This document shows positions 51,149-64,000 of a stretch of DNA of 64,000 nucleotides, piece after piece. The notes beneath the pieces are model-generated. The model saw only the letters and a list, made by a program, of their open reading frames with translations, searched no databases and was not told the DNA's origin. This DNA comes from Lobosporangium transversale (lineage: Eukaryota): NCBI RefSeq assembly GCF_002105155.1, contig NW_019028992.1, forward strand, positions 558,001-622,000. The letters are read 5' to 3'. Position 1 is the stretch's first letter; each line of letters begins with the position of its first letter. The translations under genes were made by a program, and so were the position numbers.

Positions 51149-52279
51149 ATGAGCCACCATTGCCACGACGAAGCACATGCACATGGACATGGACATGGAC
51201 ACCATGACCATGACCACGACCATGACGAGCTACCTGATTCAGGACTGGTACATGAGTCTCTCTACCAGAAAATCGACCATGACAACGTCACTTGTCTGAA
51301 TGAAGCAGAGCCCAATTCTGGAAAGAGCGTATTGAAGCCATGGCACGAAAAAATGGATGATACAAAGGTAGGTCACGCTATATAGCCTCTTAAGATTGAA
51401 CTTGATATTTGCCTCAAGGGAATCAATGATATTATTATACGCGAGACTGATTCATCTTATAATCATAGTTTGTTGAAAGTGACGCAGATGAACAGCTTAT
51501 TTTCAGAATCCCGTAAGTTACGTAGCTATTTATTGTTTTGAAAAAAGCTACGGAGAGGAATGGAAAAGGCCAAATCTGCACTGCATGGAGAACTTTTTGC
51601 CTCTTTTTTTACTGTTCTGACAAATCCATGAATTGATCAATCATTCCTAATGATAGCTTCACAGGCTTGGTCAAATTAAAATCGATTTCACTCAGGACTG
51701 ATCCTGGAGAAAGCGCTCCGCGTAAGATGAAGGCGTAAGTGATCATTTTTTTATGGAAGGAATGGGGAGAAAGAGGAGGATAGGGGGGAAGATATTGCCT
51801 CTTATCATGGCTGTATGCTTAAAACACTTATTTCCTTCCTCTCTTTGAATGCTTTAGATTCGTTAACAAGGATGACCTAGATTTCGATAATGCTGAATCA
51901 ACAGTACCGACACAAGAGTGGGACCTTGTAGAAGACTCACATGGACAGATCGCAGAATACTCTACAAGGTAATAATGATAAAATACATCAGGATTATCAA
52001 CTGCTTGTGGAGCAAACATTGATTTTTTTTTTTTTTTTTTTTTTTTTTTACTCTTTCATCTATTATTATAGAGTGGCAAAGTTTACGAGCATTCGCAGTC
52101 TGACGTTATTTTTTAGTGAGAATTTTGGAGGTGATGTGACAAAAATCAGCTTCATTGGGCTCAAGGGCGAGTTCTCAGAGGTAAAAAAAAAAAAAAAAAA
52201 AATACTTACTCATAAATAATACAAATAATACAAGGACTTGTCATTTGCTAAATGGAGACAATATTCGCTTTTCTTCGTT

Positions 52280-52312
<33 letters not shown>

Positions 52313-52418
52313 CTAGTTCAAACGCGATCCAATTATCACAGTTTATGAGCTACAAGCGAACCCTGCAGACCATAAGGTTCCTGGCGCTAATGATATCCTT
52401 GGACATGAGGTCGAATAG
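51149..52418 (+). CDS. PITHD1: PITH domain-containing protein 1
   Basis: His-rich N-terminus, SLYQKID...CLNE, VESDADEQLIFRIP|FTGLVKLKSI, LTLFFSENFG and YELQANPADHK. Multiple introns. Confidence 0.9.
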
Positions 52419-52997
52419 GCACTCTACTATCACGGCGAGCATTTGTAAAACTCACAATAACAATAAAGCAAAAGTGTATAATACCTACAATTGCGTTTTA
52501 TACAGCACCACATAGCCGGCGTGTACGATCACCGCATTGCTCTATTGACACGCTTATCATCAAGAGTCGAACATGTGTATGCTATGACCAAACTATTATT
52601 GATTGGCACATAGGACGACTTTTTTTTGTTAATTATACACAGTTGGGCAAAGTAAATGATAGTGGTTACACAGCCAAGCATTTCACGCGATAGCACAATG
52701 TTGCTCGGTTGGAACATTCCATTAAAAGTGATTCCAAAAGTACACCACCAATTCCTTGCTACAGATCAATCTTTGCTTTAGCAAAGCCCTTCATAACTCT
52801 GTTTCTCGTATTTCAACAGGCGATGTCTCTATTCCATGAGAAACCCAAAAAATTAAAGAAAAAAAAGCAGTAATAATGATTTATGAATGATATTGTATTT
52901 TTTTTTTGTTTTTTTTTTTTTTTTTGAATGATAAACACAGTGTGTGGATCTTCCACTTTCTATTCTATTGTACCCGCTCTTTTTTAAATCATACATT

Positions 52998-54974
52998 TTA
53001 CTTGGCAGCAGCAGTCAACTTGAAGGTGTCTGAGTTGCGGTCCAACCAGCTGGAGACGCGCTCGTAGACAGCAAAGGTGACGGCCTGACCAGGAGCGACA
53101 CGGAGCACACGGGGTGTAACGCCCTTGTAGAAAGCCCTCCAGCCCTCGTTCTTCAAGATTTGTGAGTTGACGTCGGTAAAACGAGCCCAGCCACTGAGAC
53201 CCTCGGGGTTGGGAGTCTTTTGGATACGAGTCTTGACAATATCGATGGGGTTGTTGACAAGAGGACCCATAGCACCAGAGATGCATCCGATGACTGCGGC
53301 TTGGTAGCCGGGCAACTCCTTGACATCCTGGATCTTCAAGAGCTGACCCTTCAAGAAGTGGTATGTGGGGAAGTTTGCAGCCTGGTTGGTGGCCTGGCGA
53401 AGTGAGGTCAAAGCAACACCGCGGTAAAGAGCACCAACACCCTCCTCACGAACGACAGTGAAGACACAGTGAGCGGCGTTGCGGTACTTGGGCACATCCA
53501 GAGGGTCAGTCATAGAGTGACGCTGTGCCTGAAGACGAATCTTGACCACATCCATGGGGGTGACTACCAAGACAGCCTCAGTGATACCAGCGAATAGACC
53601 AGCTATTCATTAATTAAAAAAAGAAAAAAGAAAAAGAAAAAGAAAGACAAATAGAGTATAATGTTAGTGATGTGGGCAACTTTTAGGAAGTTTGTTATGG
53701 GGACAGTTAGCAGCGTGGGAAAGTGTAGATTTTTTTTTTTTTGATATCTGAATTAAATTTAGATAAAAGTCGTGTGTGTCGTGTGTGTACTGAAATACTT
53801 TTCTTCATCGTGTCATTCCTGTCAAGGCGTATATGTGGTCCGTTGTGTTGATCGTGTGCTTAGTTCGGCTGGGTTGAACTTTGATCTTCCGTCCTTTTCA
53901 TGTTCATGTGTTGGTAAATTCACACAGACCGATTGCCGAGAGCATTTCCAATTGAAAAGCACGTAATGCGATCCAATCTCAATCAGTATTGTTATTGTTA
54001 CAATTATTTTTCCTTACCCCACAAATTGTTCAACTTCCAGGGCGTGCCATTCTTGTCAACCATGAGGTCCTTGTAGAACTGGAAGGTGGTGAAACGGATA
54101 GCCATCTTTGGGACAATACCCGCTGTGACAGCACCCAGACCCTTGTACAACGCAAGAGGTGATTCCTTTTGGACGATCCTCATACCCACGCCCAAGAACG
54201 ACAAGTTGCCACCCTAAATTGATTTATACATTAGGACAGTTAGGAATGTTGAGTCATTGCTTAAATATTTCTATTTTCATGTTTCCCCTCCTGTGTAATC
54301 TGATGAATCAATCATTCATCTTTTGTTCCCAATAAATGCGATTATTATGACTATTCTGTGCAACCAAGCATGCATGGGACAACTGTCAAGTCCGTGGTCC
54401 GCTTTTTATTTTTCCTCCCACTTTCACTCCAGATTTTTCTTTTTTTAAAAGCCCGCGCTCAGCATCTTTTCGAATCGCATCGTGCCCATGTCAATGCCAT
54501 TCCTCATCCCTTTGTCCTCTCATCTTTTATTCATCCAGGTCAAACTATCCTGTCTTGTATGAAATAAACATACTCTTTTTTTTTTTTTTTTTTTTTTTTT
54601 TCTTTTCTTTTCTTTTCTTTTCTTTTCTTTTCTTTTTCTGTTTTATCCTTGTAATCCTCAAATTTTGTTTTAGTGATTCCATTTTTTGGTGTCAAACTTG
54701 ATGATGATAGTTTTTCCCTTCTCCCGAAACATTGAATGTTGAGAAATAGAAAGAGGAATGCTGATGGTGGTAATGATAGTAATAGTAATAATGATAATAA
54801 TAACATAATAATAAAAATAATTTCACTTACAGCAGCATTTCTGGGAGCGTTCTTGGCGAGCTGCATGCGGACCTTGATTGTATCAAGAGGATGGCAGATC
54901 AAGGCCTCCATGAAACCAGCAGTACCACCGGCAACCAAGTTGGTGAGAGGAGACTTCTTTTCCCTGGCAGCCAT
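52998..54974 (-). CDS. SFC1: Mitochondrial succinate/fumarate carrier
   Basis: Three carrier repeats (PLDTIKVRMQ, PMDVVKIRLQAQ, PIDIVKTRIQK). GIVPKMAIRF, RQATNQAANF and RVLRVAPGQAVTF match Sfc1/Acr1. Confidence 0.9.
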
Positions 54975-57281
54975 TTTTATTTGTAATATGTATTGAGTAT
55001 TAGTTACTGTAGTTGGGGAGGTTTTTTTTTTTGTTGTAAAATCAGATCAAAGCTGAAAAAGGTGAAGTTAAATGTTGATAGAGTGGGGAGGTAATATAAA
55101 GGAAAGAAAGGAATAAAAGAGAGGAGAGTTGGAAAAGAAAAAGAAGAGGAAAAAAAAGAAGAAAGAGTAATAAAAGTACAAGAAGAGAAGGAAAGTACGT
55201 TTTATTTATACAACGAGGGCGAGTGAAAGGAGAGCCGAGAGAGGAAGCCGATTAAAAACGAGCGTGAAGAAAGTGAATGATCTAATGGCTAATAGAGTAA
55301 AAAAGGATTACAATGCAAGTACAATAGAATACAACATGTACACAATAGAATGACAAATAGTGTTTTTGATGTCCTTCGGCACATGTAATGTATGGCTAAA
55401 GGAAACAAATCAGGTACAACAACACATCCTCTCTCCACCTCGCCTGGCCTCTTTCTTTATTATTCGTCATCGGGGCGTGACCCTTCCAGACTAAAAAAGC
55501 GTCCTCATTATCATCATGGCTATTTTATCACCTTGATCTTTTGGAGTCTTCAACATGACTTTTCAGCTGGAACGACTGCATCATTAATCAAAAGGAGATA
55601 ATGTGTCCGTGGACAAAATTAGGTGACAGACAGAACCAGGGGTTTATTTTAGTCCTTTCATTCAATAATCAAATATCGGATTTGCAACCATCATCTCTTC
55701 CTGAATCTTCTTTCTCGATGTTTGAAAGCAAAAAGTAGTAGGCAACAGGGTCACTAAAGACACTTTTGTTTTCTTTTTTGCTTTTTTACCCCGCACTGCT
55801 GTTCTTAACAAAAGAGTCAATAGAGTTCTTGAATAATATATAGCTTAACCAGTCCCGGAATAGGACCTGACAGGGGGAAACGGACTGATCTTTTTTCCTT
55901 ATACATTTCCTCAGTACTTCACGATGTGCACATCTATTGGCTGAAGCCAGATCAGCAACCTTCGACTGTTTTACAATACTATGACTACTGGCTCACCTTT
56001 AACTCGACTCCATCGCTACTCTTGCAGCTTCGTCTTCATTCCACACTTACTACTCTTATTCCTGTTTATCTCTCTATCCTGCCTCCCATCTCTCATTCTA
56101 TCTCTGTTCTCCTTTACTGAGTTCTACTTTGATTTTTTATTTTCTTTTTTACTTTGGATCGGCTTGCTTATTGAATATAGACATGGTGATATAGACTGAT
56201 CAACTGACACACTCTAAATGTACATTGGTTTACTCTATAATCTGTTAAACACAGCAGTTCTCCTCCCTCTCTCCGATTCTCTCTCTCTTTCTATTTTATA
56301 TACAAATGTGATTTTTCTTTCACTGCCTCCAGATCAATGTCAAAGCCTTTGATGTGTCATAGAGTTTGTAAGGTTTTACTTTGTTTACACCATTTCTCTC
56401 CAAAATAAAATAAAGAGTTGCATCTTGCCAGATTTAGGCCTTGCCCCGGACTCCTTAAGCAAAAGCACATCATCACTTGGGCTTACACTATTCTGTGTCA
56501 CAAAAAAAGGGTCATTTCTCTTCACTTTCACATGTGTCTGCTCTCATTAAGATAAAATCGTGTGGAAATATTTACATTTTTATATTTTTATAACACCAAC
56601 ATGCATGCCATGCATACTGAATCTGTTTGGCGAAATAGGGCCAGCTTTTTTTTTTTTTATATTCTCCTCTGACCCAAAGAAAGTCTTTTGTTTGTTCCGT
56701 TGAGAGAAGCACGCGCGGAAAAAGGGTGCCACATCTGTATTCCGTTCAATTGAGCACTGAGTTTATTAGTTTATCCTTTTTATATTGATCTACTTGACCC
56801 TTGTTTGCTTCCTGCTTCCTGCTGCTTTCGATCATCCATTTACCCCGCTCGCGTTCACCATCTTTTTTTTTTTTTTTTTTTTTTTTTTTGAAGGTCCGAT
56901 TATCTGATCCGACTTTGTCCATGGACGGACCCAACCAACCATCTCTTCTCTCTCACGCATATAAACGCATATATACGTATTAAACACTCTGTAACCATAG
57001 TTTTTTTAGTCCTCCTCGCGTCGACATGTAAAAGGAAGATCAAGACATTTGACTGTATTATATGTTTGTACCCTTAAAAAATATAAATATTCACATAGAC
57101 AAAAATGAAATTGTCTTCAACAACTGCCATGACCAGTGTTTATTGTATAATACGAAGTCAAGATTGTTTTTGGATGGTGAAGTTAGATCCTCCAAGGTCT
57201 TTTTGTTTTTTTTTTTGTTTTTCTACAGTATTATGACATTCTACTTTCTACCTTTTTTTTTTTTTTTTTTACTTTTTACTT

Positions 57282-58715
57282 TTACATAACCTTACGAGCT
57301 CCAGGACGAGCAGGTTTGCTGAATCCCCGTGCGCCTCCACTACCCAAACCAAGGTTTACTGCTCCTGTTCCTGCCCTTGCCCCTACCCCTGCATTGTTGC
57401 CGCCAAATGCTGGGGATGATGTCCTGGGGTGCAATTCCTCCAACACAAAGGTCTCTGTCAAGTCAGAAACATCAGTCGTCTCCAGCTTCTTGTCTACATT
57501 CAAGTCCGCGTCATCCTTGGCTGCCTGCAATACTCCTGCTCTGCAAGATGAATACAACATGCGCTCGCGAATCTTAGATTTGGTTGGGCACGTGTACATA
57601 AACACTAAAAAAAAAAAAACCACAAAGGTTAATTTTACCTTTAACAGTAGAAATGAATGAACATTAAGAGAAAAGGAAAACTAAGATTCCTTACCAAGAG
57701 AATCATGAGCTACTCCATTGTGTTTATGCTCATAGGCAAAGAAGGTGAAACGAGGTGATTCCTCATGGATGTTTCTGACCAATTCGTTGGCGCCAATCTT
57801 GGCCTCACCAGCAAGATCAATACGCTCATTCTCTGCATCAATTGCCTAAAGCGAAAAAAAAAAAAAAAAAAAAAAAAAAAAAGCACCTTGTTAAGACATG
57901 TGTAGTGTTGAGGTTTCTTCCCAATTGCTATTTAAAGATATTTCTTACCAATGTAACAAAGTTGATAGTGCGTTCCGCCTTGACAGGAGCTGCTGGTGCT
58001 TCTTCCTCCTTAGTCTCCGACACCTTCTCTTCTTGTGTTGGCTCTGCTTCTGCTGCCGCCGAAACAGTTGTAGCAGCAGTCTTAGGCTCCTCCGCTGTAG
58101 TCTTGGTTTCTTCCAGAGTAGGTTTAGGCTCCTCAGTCTTTACTTTTGTTGTTGTTGTGGTGGTGGTGTCATAGTCTTCTACCTCTCCTCTCCTCTTTAC
58201 TTCCCTGGTCTTTTCCTCATCCCATTTATCTTCTTCCCATTCATCATCAGCCACCTCTGCTGTCTCTGAAGCCTTTTTGACTTCTGTAGTACTTGAGCTT
58301 GTGTTTTCCCGGGTAATCACTGGCGATTCTGGTAAAGGCGTTGATGCAGGACTGGTAACCTTTCTTGTGGCTGCTACAGTAGCAGAAGGTTTGGCAGCTG
58401 GAGTAACAGGTGCAAGCTTTTTAAGCGCAGCAATTGCCTTCTCTGTCAATGGGAAACTCATTCCTGGAGCATGCGACTTTCTATAAGCGCCTCCTTTCAT
58501 ACTCTCAACCATAATCTTCTCATTCTCCTTGATTTCTGCTAGCTGACGTTCACGTTCTGTCAAAGGCTTAGGAGCATTCAAACTGGCTCTGTGCTTCTTG
58601 TAACCGTCCAATGTGAAGTCACTCTGTATCGATGGTGATTTTATTTTTGCATAGAAAAAAAGATAATTGTCAGCCATCATGATATTGAAAGTATCTTCAT
58701 ATATCAATTAATTAA

Positions 58716-58746
<31 letters not shown>

Positions 58747-59559
58747 ACCTTGTTCGTTCCATAAATCGAATCTGTAAAGTGAGAATCACCAAGATCCTTT
58801 GTCAAAGTGGCTCTTGTAGCAGCATAGATCATCTTTTGGCGGATAGGGGCCACATCTGGAACATAGCATAAAAAGATCCACTCTGAAGCCTTGGCGCCAT
58901 CCAATCGAACCACGAAATATGCAGGTTGCTTCTCTTCCAAATTGTCACACACAATACTGAAGTCTATCAAGGATTAGAGAAAAAAAAAAAAAAAAAAAAA
59001 TACAATAAGCAACCTTGATATATTTGAAAGACCTTTCTTTTATATTGCTTACAACTTCATACTGACCTTGATCAAAGGTTCCTCTGATATCGAAAATGCC
59101 ATCGTCTTCCAAAGCCTCATTGATAATCGAGATCTTGAGAGCACGAACTGTGCTACCAACTGTAGCTTGTTTCCAAGCATCAGCGAGCTTCTGAGAAACT
59201 ATTAAACCGTCATAAGGAAGAAAAAAAAAAGGGGAGGGGGGGAGGAGGAAGGTCATTCGATCATCAGTATTGTTTTTTCGTTTTTTGCTTTTTGTTTTGT
59301 TCTGAAAGCTATAAATAGGTAAAAGGCGCGTCCGTTCTTCTGTTCTTATTCTCTTTCAGCCCCTGTCACCTCTAAAAAAAAAAATGAGGATGATCAAGTG
59401 CGAAAAATATGTTCATTACCTTTGATACCAGTTTGATTGGACACTATAGTGAAAAGATATAACAAAGGTATGGAATGAAGGATAGACGCGCCGTTATTAA
59501 GCATCAATTGATCTTTCCAAGTCAAACTATGTCAATTGCTATTTCAGTTTTTCCTTACT
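57282..59559 (-). CDS. TWF1: Twinfilin (two ADF-H domains plus capping-protein-binding tail)
   Basis: MSNQTGIK..., YVPDVAPIRQKMIYAATRATL, PLTERE, YTCP...IRERMLYSS and tail FSKPARPG. The start codon appears split by intron 59444-59558. Confidence 0.92.
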
Positions 59560-60986
59560 TGGGAGATTTTATGCTCTGTGACAGTGTTGGCGAGGCGAAG
59601 TGAGGCGAAGCAGTGCAGTAAGGCGATGTAATTAAGGTAGAAAGAGAAAAGATGAGATAAGAGAAGAGAAGAGTGTGCCTATGAAGGAATGAAAAAGTGT
59701 GATGTGTAAAGGTAATGAGGAAAAGAAAATGAGAGAATGAGAGTGAGATGACCGAACTGCTCTCATCTTTCTCAGGGCACCACAGTGTGGGACCACAATA
59801 ACGTCACAAAAATCGTGATCTCACAGGCGTTGCAATTTCGTTGTGAACCCTCGCTGCCGCATCATATCCTTGCAAGGCACTCTATACCTGCCATGATCAG
59901 GTGCCATGCTGCATGGACGCGTAGACAAGTGAGATCAGTGGATAGGAAAATAAACAAATACTTCGTAGCAGTGCCACTTGAAAAAAAAAAAAAAAACCCC
60001 CCCCGAAGATTGACAATAAACGACGAGAATTTATATATGGATCGCAGTACCAACGGTGCTTAGCATTTCCACTAGGGCTGATCATTGATCTGTAATGCCA
60101 AATATTAATTTTATACTGATACAAATGCAGTGTTGTCAATATGCAACTATGATAAATATCTATGCAATTGCATTAATCTACTGTTCTCCAGACCCTATTG
60201 CCTGGCCCATCACACATGTTCCAATCTTGAGTCAAGGAATAAAAAAGACGGTGCCCTTCAAGTGCGCCCCCAAGCCTTTGGGTACATGTTACAATTATAA
60301 TGCCACTTTCTCCATTGTAAAGCCACGTTCATTCTTGTACAAGACTAATTTAGTATCTCCAACATTGACTCTTGTTATTCAGTCCGAAATCCTCAGCAGC
60401 CTAACAGCTCTCGAAGAAAAGCTACTAAGCTCTTCTTGATCCCGTAGAAGAGTATTTTATTTCTGATCCCTTCTAGACCATTAAGACAGCCAATAAAGTG
60501 AGCTGTGGGGATTAAAAGGTTGTGACTCGATCACGGCGTATGTCAGGTGTTGTGGTACGTCTAGATCGACTAGGACAATATGATTGTGGCAACTACCATA
60601 CGAGCGGAAGTAGAGGATAGCTCGCTATGCGGCCGAGGGCCGATGACCTGAACTGAAATTGATCGCTACGTTATTGACCTTCATGAATGACTCCACGCGG
60701 AGTATATTCGTTGAAAAATTGAACGAGACTCACTCAAGGGCCAGCGCCACCTAAGTCTATGACCGTGTAAACCACATGTTTACTCTGATCATATTATATT
60801 TAGCGTAGCTATAAATATATAAATACAGAATAGCCCTTCACAAATATTTCTTTTATAAACACTTACCCCTGCCTTTGACTTTGTGCTTGCTGTTGCTTAA
60901 GTCCACAGCAATAGGAAATAGTTTGGCCATCAAATGAAGCTATAAGAAACGTTACGTTCTATATCTTGAGGTTTTAAGCAGAGACG

Positions 60987-61025
<39 letters not shown>

Positions 61026-61278
61026 TTTGATACTCTACACAATGTAATGCAATGAATGATCTCATAATCTAATGTTAAAGTCTTTAAAATTAATGCACTT
61101 TCGTTACTCTATTGGGATGCGTTAAATATTGGTTATTCGTTTCTATTGTAGGTTTCATGTTTGTGGGATGTATGCTGATAATAGTTGTTTTGTAGATGTG
61201 TGAAAATCTATGCTCTTGAAACGCTTTGTACATGTATATAGCCTTGAGGTTCGCACGTTTAGATGTTTGCTTTTTATC

Positions 61279-61587
61279 TTAAGCAAGCTTTAATAGTGGG
61301 GATTCGTCCATTTCAAAGTCGTCATCGAGTTTTAGGTAAGCTCTTGCGCGATGGCGGCGCGTGCCATCACATAAAGAATTGAACATCCGAGTCATTCTAT
61401 TGGGCTTCATATAAGTACATTCAGTGGCCCTTGATCGATGGATATTAGTGTCTTCGATTGCTGCAGCTGATTCTCGCCTATTGCCAGATCTAGAAGGGGC
61501 CGACCGAGTAGCGGGTGTTGGTACTGATGAAGAGCGTGTCTGGGACATAATCACGATAACCAAAGGAACAGCGGATAGGAACATCAT
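61279..61587 (-). CDS. Hypothetical ~100-aa protein
   Basis: Open frame with higher GC than its AT-rich flanks, TATA-like motif upstream and a short hydrophobic N-terminus. No recognisable domain. Confidence 0.45.
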   Translation of the reverse strand: MMFLSAVPLVIVIMSQTRSSSVPTPATRSAPSRSGNRRESAAAIEDTNIHRSRATECTYMKPNRMTRMFNSLCDGTRRHRARAYLKLDDDFEMDESPLLKLA

Positions 61588-62706
61588 GATGAATGTATTT
61601 AAAAGACTTTTTTGTATCTTTTTTTGTATAAAAGTATGTTAAGTGTTACAAATCTAAGGATTTGAACCTAGGAAGTTCTCGCCTTTTATTCTTTTTTTTT
61701 ATACCTCTTTCTTTCACTTTAGATTTGGTTTATTCAAAGAAGGAACATTCCTTGTGTTGTGTAGATATGAAACGAAGGCTGAACCCTCTTGCTCAATTCT
61801 ATAGAAATCCGAAACAAAAGGCCTCTATTTTTACAAATAATTTCTATTCACGCAGCCCCTTCTCCATTCAGTGAAGCCTCCACTTCATTTAACTCACCCC
61901 TCTTTCGCTGCCTGTCAATGCGAAATGTCTAAATTTGTGGCTATCTTCATAGATGACGGCAAGGAAACTGAGGTGCTTTTTTTTCCCTGTTAAAAAAAAA
62001 AAGATGGCTTTCATGAACGCTTGGTGACTACACGGACTTTTTACACAATAAATATGCTTTTGTTGTATTAATAGACTGTAATTGATAAAATTGTAAAGTG
62101 TCTCCGGAACCCACAATCTTATCAAGGAAATCATACGAGCGATCTATCATGCGAGGTTTTCAAGTCATTCCCCTTATTGTATCGATACGTAATAATCAAC
62201 TCTTCGTGTCTTTGTTTCCCTTGGTCGGTTGACTCGTTACACCGATAATCGCGTTATCAAATTAAACTGTGGAGCCAAGGTCTGCTGCATTTGGGGGGCT
62301 TCTATAGCCTGCTAGTTTCCTGAAGTAGGGTAAAGGCGCCTCTCTTATGAGAAGATAAATTACAGCACTTGTTCAGATAAACGTGACTACCGGCTTCGTT
62401 TATGCCTTTCCTTACTACTCCTTTTCCTGTCCCCCTCTTTAACATATCATTTACATTTTCCCCCCTTCGATCAGGAGAGAGACTCGTCAATCCATTCTAG
62501 AACTGAGGTCAATGGGGGATTTTCTCTTATCCTTATCCTCCATAGCATTTCATTTTTTTTTTCTAAAAGATTAAGTTCCTTTTTTTTTTTTTTTTTTTTT
62601 TTTTTTTGGCTAGATAAAGAGTGATTGCATAAAGGATTGAGTAGAAAATTTTCCTGTCCGTATTCAGCCTAGATGTTAATCAAGATAGTACTGTTTGTGA
62701 GCAGCG

Positions 62707-62738
<32 letters not shown>

Positions 62739-63402
62739 TGGAAGCCCATCTCGAAGGTAGGCCAGTGGCCTATGGACAGATGAGTGCTGCCTTGAAAGGA
62801 GTGGCTGGCAATTCCCTATCTGCCTTGGCTAGTAGGCGCCCTTCTGTTTACACGCGTCTGAAATGACACAGGATCAACAATCCGTTACTACAATCTGTTT
62901 CATATAAAAAACCTTGGTGGTCCAGGGCCAATCAAGGAACGCTCTCTCTCACGCAGCTGAGCTGACCTAAGGAATTAAACCCTACATCTGGCGCATAGTA
63001 GTAGCGCGATGCCTGGTCAGGAGCTTTACCATACACTCTAGATCATAGCATGGTCCTTAATCAACACCACCTTTCCCCTACTGATCTCTACTGTGTTTTC
63101 GTGTAGTACAATGCGTTGCCAACCCCATACCCGCTCTCTGAGAGTATAGTCTTTCTAACAATCCAAATTGGCTCCAACAAAATGTATGTAGTCTAATATA
63201 CTTGGTCGCGTTCCTTCATGGTTTCGATATTAAATTTTCTTCATTCAAAAGGTGGCTGTGCTTACAAACTCAAATGTGATGTGGGGCAAGGAATAAATTT
63301 ATTTTCAAATAAATTGATAATAGACCGTAGTTGAGTAACAGATATTTTTTTTTCTTTCTTTTTTTGTAAGTCGGATGATGTTAGTCTTGCCCTGGAGTTG
63401 AT

Positions 63403-63663
63403 TTAGTAGCATTTATCAGACTCGTGGTTGCCGCTGTTCCACTTAATCATGCAGCAGCGGTAGAAAGCCCTGCAGTCGGAGATGTTGTGGCAGCGACGGT
63501 CGTCTCCAAGGTTGCCATTGCAGCAGGAGGCAGTGGCAGCACCCCAGTAAGGTTCATTCTTGGGGTTGTAGCACCACGAACCACTGTCCTGAGTAGTAGG
63601 AGCAGCCTGGACAGCGACGGCAGAGAACAAGAAAGCACCGATGAGAACCAAGGACTTGTACAT
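63403..63663 (-). CDS. Small secreted 8-cysteine protein (86 aa), copy 2
   Basis: 71/86 residues identical to 49093-49353 with all eight Cys conserved. Same 5' UTR acceptor position. Confidence 0.92.
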   Translation of the reverse strand: MYKSLVLIGAFLFSAVAVQAAPTTQDSGSWCYNPKNEPYWGAATASCCNGNLGDDRRCHNISDCRAFYRCCMIKWNSGNHESDKCY

Positions 63664-64000
63664 GTTGATCTACTAGAGAAAGAGAAAAGAAGTATGTCTA
63701 TTTATTAAATCTTTTTTTTCTAGCCTGCCTCGGAGTACGATCTGAAAAGGATGGGATGGGATTTTTTTTCCTCCTAATTGTAGATCTCTTCTTACAAGTT
63801 GCGCTTGTTGTGGTTTTAAGGGAATGAAAGCTGCTTGAGGAGATTGAGGAGTAGGGGCTTGATGATGAAGATGAAGAAAAAAAAAAAAGGAGCACCTTGA
63901 GGGCTTTTATAGTTGTCGCGAGAACTAACAAAGAGTGAAAGGAGTTATAGAGAAATGCATAAAAAATCACCCCTTCAAATTCTTTACATCTATTGAATAG

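Overview
Intron-rich eukaryotic DNA with long poly(A)/(T) tracts, most consistent with an early-diverging fungus (Mortierellaceae-like; inferred, not proven). Bases 1-9.2 kb are transposon-rich: one hAT-type MITE, two Mutator-type non-autonomous elements, a tRNA-Ser(CGA) gene, two RNase H-bearing LINE fragments and a candidate tRNA-derived SINE. The rest holds mostly conserved genes: Mto1/ApsB-like, INTS11, Pho4/NUC-1-like bHLH, CCDC174-like, DUF4286-like, a flavin-binding protein, an O-fucosyltransferase, a VWA protein, a dienelactone hydrolase, PITHD1, SFC1 and twinfilin. The standout is a 9-kb locus (17047-26038) with three secreted tandem-repeat peptide precursor genes. Together they carry 22 copies of a Q-[Y/F]-x-GG-[S/T]-RYRPVM-N core between acidic EA/EP spacers, with no Kex2 dibasic sites. 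Two of the genes sit in the arms of a near-perfect 3.4-kb inverted duplication, and a Tyr-to-Phe variant gene sits in the spacer. Also notable are a pair of secreted 8-Cys microproteins with a hydrophobin-like Cys order and a small paralogous microprotein family. Exon boundaries were read by eye and no database searches were run.
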